The notes beneath the pieces are model-generated. The model searched no databases. It was not told the DNA's origin and saw only the letters and a list, made by a program, of their open reading frames with translations. A stretch of DNA of 63,927 bases, filler included, from Octopus bimaculoides (lineage: Eukaryota), in the NCBI RefSeq assembly GCF_001194135.2. It is 9 parts of 9 records of this genome, joined end to end, with 100 filler letters (N's around TTAATTAATTAA, not from the genome) between each part and the next. Parts side by side here need not be neighbours in the genome. Positions count along the whole stretch, not along the records: positions 51,631 to 56,659 come from NC_068983.1; positions 56,760 to 59,132 come from NC_069000.1; positions 59,233 to 60,396 come from NC_068989.1; positions 60,497 to 63,927 come from NC_068993.1; 5 more parts are not named here. One strand, 5' to 3'. The translations under genes and the position numbers were made by a program. This document shows positions 54,116-63,927 of the stretch, piece after piece (the stretch's first letter is position 1; each line of letters begins with the position of its first letter).

Positions 54116-55678
54116 NNNNNNNNNNNNNNNNNNNNNNNNNNNNNNNNNNNNNNNNNNNNNNNNNNNNNNNNNNNNNNATTTTTTTATACTTATATATATA
54201 TTTTTATACTTATATACATACATATACACACATATACAAATGTATATAAATCTTGTATTGGATTTAAAAAAAAGATGTGTTATTTTGGTTTTGATTTAAT
54301 GAATTAAGAAAAGTCTCATGATTGCAAATAGTTTTTCCGTTAGATTCCATCGTTTTTGAACGCACGAATTAATTTGATTAGCGATTTGTTTGTCGCTCTA
54401 AATAATTTAATTGCTTCACTATTTTTTAATGTTTGTATCTTCTGTCCATTTTAATAATGCAATTGTTTGCTCTATTATTCTTGATTAATCATAAATCATT
54501 TTTAAAGAATGATTTATCTTTGCAAAATATATTCAAGCTGATATTGGTTGCTATTATTATTACTCCCATAAGGCTGATAACTCAGACGAACTCTGAGTAA
54601 TTTCTAGTCTTTTCGTCCTGCCCGACTCTACCACACGTTATGTTGAAGGAATAAAATGGCAAATGAATATAAATTTACTTTGCAAACCAATATATTTTCA
54701 TAAAGATAGATGTGATGTGGTCTGATAAATGCAATCACGAGTGGGATTATTCAAATTTCTACAGTAATTGTGAGCATTTCTGGTACACCGTAAAGTAGTA
54801 AAAATTTGAAATTGTTATTTGCTGATATTTATATCCGATTTTATATCAAGATCTCATGGAATCTGTTCCGTTCATTTTCGAAAATAACTCACATATAAAG
54901 TATTATTAAGAATATTTACAATCACTGTGTTCTATTATTTCTGTCCTTGATTTCTTCAATTTCTTATTATTATTCATTGCACAATAAGCATTCTTTTCTC
55001 CTCTAATACATATGTAAATACTTTAATTCTCTTCAGTATTTTCATTTAGAAATAAAAATATACTAAAGCAGATATCAGTTAATGATAAAATCACTTACTT
55101 GAGAAAAATCTTAAGAAAAGAATGATTTAACATTCATAAAAAAATATATTATAATAAAGAGTATAAATATTATAATAAATATCCGAGAACATACTTTATA
55201 CTGTATTATATATTTATGTGAAATTTCGGTTAAGCTTATTATACGAGAAAAATGTGCGCTATTAGACAAATGTAGGTGCAGCAGTGATATTGTGGTAAGA
55301 AGCTTGCTTCCCAACTGCATGATTCTGGGTTCAATCCCGCTACATGGTACCTTGGGCAAGTGACTTCTACTAAAGCCTCGGGCCGGCTAAGGACTCATGA
55401 ATGGATTTGGTAGACGAAAACTGTAAGAAGCCAGTCATATATATATNNNNNNNNNNNNNNNNNNNNNNNNNNNNNNNNNNNNNNNNNNNNNNNNNNNNNN
55501 NNNNNNNNNNNNNNNNNNNNNNNNNNNNNNNNNNNNNNNNNNNNNNNNNNNNNNNNNNNNNNNNNNNNNNNNNNNNNNNNNNNNNNNNNNNNNNNNNNNN
55601 NNNNNNNNNNNNNNNNNNNNNNNNNNNNNNNNNNNNNNNNNNNNNNNNNNNNNNNNNNNNNNNNNNNNNNNNNNNNNN

Positions 55679-56050
55679 GTCGTCAGGGAGGCCTACATCA
55701 AGTGCTTGGAGGAGACAGTGCTGCTCTGGACCAAGAAGGTGGTTGTTGGAAGACCATGTATATTCTGCACCTTGCCTCACAAGCAGGAAAACCCAGTCAT
55801 GGCTTACAAGACAATTTGTGCGACCACATCAACCCTAACATCTGGCCACCTAACTCCCCAGACTGCGACCCACTTGATAAGTCGTCTGGAGGCCGAAGTT
55901 GAAGACAATGATAATTTTACTGAACAAATTTACTCTTTAGTATTTCAATACATTTCCATGTAATTTTGGTAAATATATCTGTTAAAATGAGATGTCAGTG
56001 TTATTTTCATCTTTGTGTAATTTAGAGGAAAGTATATTCACTGCACTCTG
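55679..56050 (+). mobile_element. Tc1/mariner-superfamily transposase 3' fragment with probable right TIR
   Basis: APCLTSRKTQSWL and NIWPPNSPDCDPLD match the WPPNSPDLNP motif. Ends in CACTCTG followed by TA. Confidence 0.7.
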
Positions 56051-57492
56051 TATATGCTTCCTAAGTGATCGGTTATATTAGATGGTACTGTTGACAAACA
56101 TCGTTCCCCATTTAAACATCATAATTCGTAATTTATGCCAAAGAAACATAGATTTATCAAAGAACCTATTCAAATATAGAACAACTGCACATTGTAACAC
56201 TGTAGACAACGAAGTCTCAATGCTCTATTTTCTATTAACACATTCTTGAAAGTATCTGTAGATATTAATATGAAAATTATTTCTTTATAACATATTTTGC
56301 ATTTATGTGTGAGAGATTTTTGGTACTTTTCTATATAATCAACATTTATCCATGTAAATTGATCACTTTAATTAAATAGAATATGTTGTAAAGCAGCGAT
56401 ATTATTAGTTGAATAAATGTAAATAAATATGACGAAAATAATTACACTGAAAACACAAAACTGAAATGAACAAGGTAATCATCATACGAGTTATGCAGCT
56501 AAGTACTTTATGAAACTGTGTTGCGGCCTCCATACATATACATGTATGTATTCTATCAATTTTTGTTCTGAGAGTTCATGAAAGGAATTCTTATCAACAC
56601 ACACATACATTCACACACAAACACACACCCACACACACACACACTCACACCCACACCCANNNNNNNNNNNNNNNNNNNNNNNNNNNNNNNNNNNNNNNNN
56701 NNNTTAATTAATTAANNNNNNNNNNNNNNNNNNNNNNNNNNNNNNNNNNNNNNNNNNNNAGGAAAGTGATTCTGGTTGTCCTATTTTTCGCCCAACCGAA
56801 AGCTCCTCCCAAGCGGCACACTGTCCCTATTGATTACGTTGACTACAAAGTCCATATATCGGCTTTTTCTTCCTTTACTTAGTTGCCTACTGCAGTCCTT
56901 CATGTAATTCAAAGGGTCAGCCTTGTCACATTGTGTCACGCTGAATATCCCCGAGAACTACGTTAAGGGTACACGTGTCTGTGGAGTGCTCAGCCACTTG
57001 CACGTTAATTTCACGAGCAGGCTGTTCCGTTGATCGGATCAACTGAAATCCTCTACGTCGTAAGCGACGGAGTACCAACTACAACAACTGCAGTCCTTCT
57101 TCTTCTTCATGGAATACTATAGTTCAAACTTATTTTCAAGGCCATCCGTAGTGGTCTATATATTGCTAACTATATCGCCATATTCTAGGGACGCTACAAG
57201 CTTCTCCGTTGCCCCAGAAACTATTTAGTATATGTATATGTATATATGCACATGTAATTAAAATTGGTTTCAAATCTTGGTACAAGGCCAGCAATTTCGT
57301 GGAAGGGGGCTAGTCGATTATATCGACTCCAGTGCGCAACTGGTACTTATTTTGTCGACCTCAAAAGAATGAGAGATAAAGTTAACTCCGGCGGAATTTG
57401 AACCCTGAACGTAAAGTCGGACGAAATGCCGCTAAGCATTTTGTCCGGCGAGCTAACGATTCTGCCAGCTCACTGCCTTATATATATAATTA

Positions 57493-57574
57493 ATAAGGCG
57501 GCGAGCTGTGTATAAGGCGGCGAGCTGTGTATAAGGTGACGAGCTGTGTATAAGGCGGCGAGCTGTGTATAAGG
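57493..57574 (+). repeat. 19-bp minisatellite (TATAAGGCGGCGAGCTGTG)n running into a gap
   Basis: At least four units are visible before the Ns. Confidence 0.9.
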
Positions 57575-58619
57575 NNNNNNNNNNNNNNNNNNNNNNNNNN
57601 NNNNNNNNNNNNNNNNNNNNNNNNNNNNNNNNNNNNNNNNNNNNNNNNNNNNNNNNNNNNNNNNNNNNNNNNNNNNNNNNNNNNNNNNNNNNNNNNNNNN
57701 NNNNNNNNNNNNNNNNNNNNNNNNNNNNNNNNNNNNNNNNNNNNNNNNNNNNNNNNNNNNNNNNNNNNNNNNNNNNNNNNNNNNNNNNNNNNNNNNNNNN
57801 NNNNNNNNNNNNNNNNNNNNNNNNNNNNNNNNNNNNNNNNNNNNNNNNNNNNNNNNNNNNNNNNNNNNNNNNNNNNNNNNNNNNNNNNNNNNNNNNNNNN
57901 NNNNNNNNNNNNNNNNNNNNNNNNNNNNNNNNNNNNNNNNNNNNNNNNNNNNNNNNNNNNNNNNNNNNNNNNNNNNNNNNNNNNNNNNNNNNNNNNNNNN
58001 NNNNNNNNNNNNNNNNNNNNNNNNNNNNNNNNNNNNNNNNNNNNNNNNNNNNNNNNNNNNNNNNNNNNNNNNNNNNNNNNNNNNNNNNNNNNNNNNNNNN
58101 NNNNNNNNNNNNNNNNNNNNNNNNNNNNAGAGAGAGAGAGAGAGAGAGAGAGAGATTGATAGAAAGATAAGTACATGTATGCATGTATGCTCCCATAGAT
58201 CCAGTTGTTACCTGTTCATAGAAACATGGCCACTTAGGATAAACTATTCGAAATTTGCCTTTATTTTTTCCGCCAATGGCATCAATATCATCACCACAGT
58301 AACAAAACTAATTATTAGAAGTACTTCACGACCGCAGACACACAACTTCTCTGACAAGATACAGAGTTAAAATTTTGGTGAAAATGTTAACAAAGAGGTT
58401 AACGTTTGTCATCGATGTTCTGATCGAGGAACCGCAAACGTGCGATCCTAAACAGGTCTAGCCATGACAACATCCACCTCATGCGATACAACATACACAC
58501 ATTTTCATTTAATACAGCGAACAACATACAGTAGGGAATCAAGCTAGTTTCATTTGGGCTCTAATCAGCTTACATAAATCTAAAGCATTTGATTAGGTCG
58601 ACCGTCGTTATCTAAAAGA

Positions 58620-59132
58620 TGTGTTGAGGACAATTAGTTTTGACCTCGTATTCAGAGGCCTTATAGCTGTTATTCACATTGACAAATGTTCGATGGTTAA
58701 GGTAAGGGACCTCTCGGAGTCGTTTCATATCACTCGCTCAGTTCGCCAGAGATGCCCCCCTTTAGTCTCTTCTGTACTGCTAGCTCTCGAGCCACTGTTG
58801 AGGAAGCTAGAGATACTGAGTGCCTTCCCTTTTGAACCGAAACAGCGTGGAAGAGCTGTGTCAGCGTATGCGAACGATATCCCTGTCCTGGCGTCGGAGC
58901 CATCGAAGTGGAGGCGATTGGTTTCCCAATGAAAGAATATGAGGCGACGGCTGGGGCGAAAATAAATTCAGAAAAATCGGTGGGCTTCCTATTCGGTACC
59001 GAGAGGGAAGTGTATGCTGTCTGGCAGCGTCGTACCATGCCTAACGAATTAAACTGTTTGAGAGCTTGTTCAGTCCAGAGCCCCCAAATGGACCAGGCTT
59101 GGGGCGAAGTGACGATCAGAATGGTCAGTGTC
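58620..59132 (+). mobile_element. Tx1/L1-clade LINE reverse transcriptase fragment, frameshifted
   Basis: SFHITRSVRQRCPP...LALEPLLRKL...VSAYANDI corresponds to SVRQGCPLS and YADD; then YEATAGAKINSEKS. Confidence 0.75.
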
Positions 59133-59279
59133 NNNNNNNNNNNNNNNNNNNNNNNNNNNNNNNNNNNNNNNNNNNNTTAATTAATTAANNNNNNNNNNNN
59201 NNNNNNNNNNNNNNNNNNNNNNNNNNNNNNNNTATATATATGTATGTATGTATGTAAGTATGTGTTTACCAATCAATCA

Positions 59280-59331
<52 letters not shown>

Positions 59332-59644
59332 GTCTATATGTATATATGTATGTGTGTATATGTATGTGTGTGTGTGTCCGTGTGTATCTTTGTGTGTATG
59401 TTTACAGGTTTTAGACTTGAATAAATCTGGTCATTTATGCATGTAGTGTGGCTAATTAACAGGAGCTACATCGGTGTACACATAATTAGCGCATTTTTTA
59501 ATTACATATCAACAGATAAGTGTCATATTGTATGTAAAGAATTTTATGAGTGCGTGCGTGTATGCATCTATATATACATATATACATATATATATATATA
59601 TGTTTGTATGTATGAATGTGTGTGTGCATATATGTATATATATG

Positions 59645-59750
<106 letters not shown>

Positions 59751-60056
59751 CATACATACATACAGATATATATATATAATATATATATAAATATACATAC
59801 ACACGTACATATATATATATACATAAATACACTACATGCATAATACACGCATACATATATATATTAAAGCATATAAGTTCATATATATGTGAGTACATAC
59901 ATATGTATACGTATATAATATGTCTATACATATATATATATATATATATCTACATATGTATACGTATATATATANNNNNNNNNNGGTGTTGTTTTGCATT
60001 TATAATAAAATAAATATATACAAATGATAAAAATTGAAAAGAATATATATACCGTA

Positions 60057-60139
60057 CAGTAATGTTTCTACTTCGCGGATTTTCACCTATCGCGGAGGTT
60101 TTTGGAACGTAACACCTGCGGTAGTCGAGAGATTACAGA
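60057..60139. mobile_element. Short pogo/Tigger-like MITE remnant
   Basis: TA-CAGTAAT...TTCGCGG...TATCGCGG...CGAGAGATTACAG; the inverted ends are imperfect. Confidence 0.4.
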
Positions 60140-60557
60140 TACATACATACATACATATATACATACATACATACATACATACATACATACATGCATGCGC
60201 AAGTATTTCTTTAGATGTGTGTGTGTTCGTGTTTGAATGTGTATACGTGAAACTCTGTGGTCTGGCAAAATTTCCAGTTACAAGTTTGTGTAAATGACAC
60301 CAACGTATAATTATAAAGACATAGCTGTCACACTTTACCTATTTCTCCATTCATATGAATGTCTCCACTTCCATATAAATAAACACACAAGCATAANNNN
60401 NNNNNNNNNNNNNNNNNNNNNNNNNNNNNNNNNNNNNNNNTTAATTAATTAANNNNNNNNNNNNNNNNNNNNNNNNNNNNNNNNNNNNNNNNNNNNTATA
60501 TATATATATACGTATATAAATCTCTCACTCTCTCTATATATATGTGTATATGTGTTG

Positions 60558-60592
<35 letters not shown>

Positions 60593-62221
60593 CATGCATA
60601 CATCAATATGTGTGTACCTATTTTCATGTTTCTATACATACGCACACAAGCACACACATACACATACACACACACACATATAGAGAGAGAGTGAGAGATT
60701 TTATACACATATATATATGAATACAGACAAACACGTACATATAAGAAAGAGAGAAAATGTGTCCGTGTGTGTGTTTTAGTGTGTATACGCGTGTGTGTGT
60801 GTGTACGTGTGTGTATTTTCGTGTGTGTGTGTGTATGTGTTAATGAGCTGTTTTGTATGTGTATATATGATTGAGAATGAGTAGAAGACAGAAAGGAAGA
60901 GAATGAGAGAGCGGGGACGAGTCTTAGACTTACTTACCAGTGATGTACGAACCTTGTTCCAATCTCTTTATTCATAAATTATGTTAAAATAATTCTCCAC
61001 ATACCAAGATTACGGTAACTACGCAGAACAGCGTCCTCGTGAAATCAACGTGGCTGAGTACTCCACAGACACGTGTACCCATAACGAGATTCGGCGTAAC
61101 ACAGGGTGTGACAAAGCTGGCCCTTGAATTACAGGTACTACTCATTTTTGACAGCTGAGTGGACTGGAGCAATTTGAACGGAAAGACGGTCGAAATGCTT
61201 ATTTCTTTATTTGGCACTATGGCCACAACACAGAGGCGGACACTACAAGGACATACAAAACACCACAGTGGGGACATAAAACAAAACGAATGAGATATAA
61301 AAATGAAGAAATGAAATGGCTGCATGGGTCCCAGTCCCAGGCTGCTAAGCATTTTGTCCGGCGTGCTAACGATTCTGCCTGTTCACCGATTTCAGTAATG
61401 TCTGTTAATACAAATGATTGGTGTATCTGTAACAATAATAGTGACGACAACAATAACAGCAACAACAAGAAAAGCAATACCAAAGCCATCATTATTGCCA
61501 ACAACAACGAACCAACAAGTGTTGCCTCTATGTGGTTACACAAGTGGCTGAAAACAACGACCATAAGACCTCCAAACCAAACTCTGCTTTCTTGAAAAAG
61601 GAAGGACAGTGCGTAACGCAGTCATAGATGTACATAGCCACGGTATGGTCAGAAATAGCAACCAAATCTCTCCCCTGGTTCACTCGCGTTGAGTTAATAT
61701 ATTGAATATTCTTTCGTACTCTAGGCACAAGGCTCAAAATTTTGGGGGAGGGGGGCAGTCGATTAGATCAACCCAGTACGCAACTGGTACTTGATTTATC
61801 GACTCCGAAAGGATGAAAGGCAAAGTCGCCCTCGGCGGAATTTGGACTCAGAACGTAAAGACAGACGAAATACCGCTAAGCATTTCGCCCGGCGTGCTAA
61901 TGTTTCTGCCAGTTCGCCGCTCAATATTGTGGATTTAGATATTCCCGAAAGTGACATGATGATTCCCGCCGTGAGCACCCCGATCATAAGTGTGCCTCAT
62001 CAGGGTTGACCTAGGGCTAAACAGTAACAATAGATGTAGTAATAGTAGGAAACCGTCAAGAGATATTGTCTTCAGTGGAACATTTTAAGTGGTTTGACAC
62101 CGAAGGAAGTTAAAAATAACCTAAATGACATCATAGTGGTCTTCTGTCTGTCTGTTTGTCTAGCCGGCTTCCTCTCTCTCCCTCTTACTCTCTCTCTTTC
62201 TCTTTCGCCAGTAACTAACGC

Positions 62222-62274
<53 letters not shown>

Positions 62275-62280
62275 CATCTA

Positions 62281-62317
<37 letters not shown>

Positions 62318-62407
62318 ATCTTTAATCCTTCCTCTGCCTAGTTGCGTTCATACACACATACACACATACATACATACATGCATACATACATACATACATA
62401 CATACAT

Positions 62408-62447
<40 letters not shown>

Positions 62448-62619
62448 TATATATATATGTATATGTATGTATATGTATGTATGCATATATGTATATATAC
62501 GTATATATATCTATATATACTGGGCACACACACACACATGTGTGTTTATTTCTCACTGTGTCCGTTTCTACCTACCTATCTATATATCTCTGCCTCTTTC
62601 TCTATATATCTCTCATTCT

Positions 62620-63241
62620 ATCTTTAATTCTCTGTCTCTCTCTGTCTCTCTCTCTTTCTTTCTCTCTCTCTCTTTCTTTCTCTCTCTCTCTTTCTTTCTC
62701 TCTCTCTCTTTCTTTCTCTCTCTCTCTTTCTTTCTCTCTCTCTCTTTCTTTCTCTCTCTCTCTTTCTTTCTCTCTCTCTCTCAGTTAGCTAAACAGAGTA
62801 ATAGATAAAGACAGACAAATAAAAAGACAGAGAAGTAGAGATACGCACACACGCACGCACACACACAAACACACACATACACTCACGCACACACATGCAC
62901 ACAATAACACACACACACACACAAATATACACTCGTGCACACGTTATTATGTGTATGTGTATGAATTTTTCCAACAGAAAATGTTTCTCTTTCTCTGTCT
63001 GTCTGTCTCTCCCTCTTTCTCTCTCTCCCTCTTTCTCCTTTTCACTTTCTCTGTTCATCTTGCATTCCGTCTCTGTGTCCGTCTCTCTATCTCTCTCTTT
63101 CTGTCCTTTTCCCCCTCTCTCAACCCTCCTCTCTCTCTACCTCTCTGTCACTCTCCCTCTCTCACTTTCTATTCGTACCTTGCTGGATTCAATGTTGGTC
63201 AAGGACGTCTAACATCTGTGTAAGCAACACACAAACGGACA

Positions 63242-63286
<45 letters not shown>

Positions 63287-63927
63287 CTACACACACATCT
63301 ACACAGTCAAACAATCACAGACATACACTCAGATTACAACTAACACATACACACATACAAACACACACATACACACACACATACACACAGTCAAACAATC
63401 ACACTCAGTCAATAACAGACACACACACACACACATACATACACATACATACACACACACACACACCTACACACACCTACACACACACAGTCACACACAT
63501 ACACACACACATATACATACACACACACATATACATACACACACAGAGTCACATACACATACACACACATCACGTCTTTTCTCTTCGTCTAACAATCAAT
63601 GTTTGAATTGTCACTAGGGGATGTTGATGGTGATGTTGATGGTGATGGTGGTGTCGCGTAATAGATGCCATGGTGGTGTTGGTGACGGTGTTAGTGGTAG
63701 TCGTGGTGGTGGTCGTCGTGTTCGTAACACCGGTGGTACTAGTGGTAGTGGTGGTTGGTTACTGAGGTGGTTGTGCATGTGTTGGCGGTGGTGATGAAGC
63801 AGGGGGTAACGGTGGTTGCGAGGGTTGTGGCTGTGGTGGTGGTGGTGGTGGTGGTGGTTATGATGGTTGTGGGGCTGGTGGTTGTGGTGATGGTGGTAGT
63901 GGTGGTGCTGGTTGTAGTGGTGTTATA
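62620..63927. repeat. Compound simple repeats: (CT/CTTT)n, (CA)n, degenerate (GGT)n. Similar (TA)n, (CA)n, (GATA)n, (TAA)n and (TAG)n tracts occur throughout the window
   Basis: Read directly from the sequence. Confidence 0.95.

Noticed and set aside
58418-58460. CTGATCGA-GGAACC-GCAAACGTGCG as a hammerhead
   Set aside because: Both core halves carry insertions and the stems are implausible.

Overview
AT-rich, microsatellite-dense, gap-ridden eukaryotic genomic DNA. The SINE families suggest a cephalopod, probably Octopus (recognised from memory, not searched). Eight 100-bp gaps of the form 44N-TTAATTAATTAA-44N are artificial six-frame-stop spacers, so continuity across them is uncertain. Two host genes are only partly present, both on the minus strand: coding exons 1-2 of a phospholipase B-like 2 gene (PLBD2; 32471-32254, 27862-27610) and two consecutive exons of an axonemal dynein heavy chain most like DNAH1 (51354-51175, 49945-49769). 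The rest is tRNA-derived SINEs, decayed RTE, R4/Dong-like and Tx1/L1-like LINE fragments, Tc1/mariner and pogo-type MITEs, and simple repeats. The main signal not shown in the ORF track is about ten type I hammerhead-ribozyme motifs, intact to decayed, from several unrelated repeat families. These include a tRNA-headed SINE-like element with an internal hammerhead (3 copies) and a family with a long extended stem II and a compensatory base-pair change. Almost all other ORFs in the track are microsatellite or N-gap artefacts.
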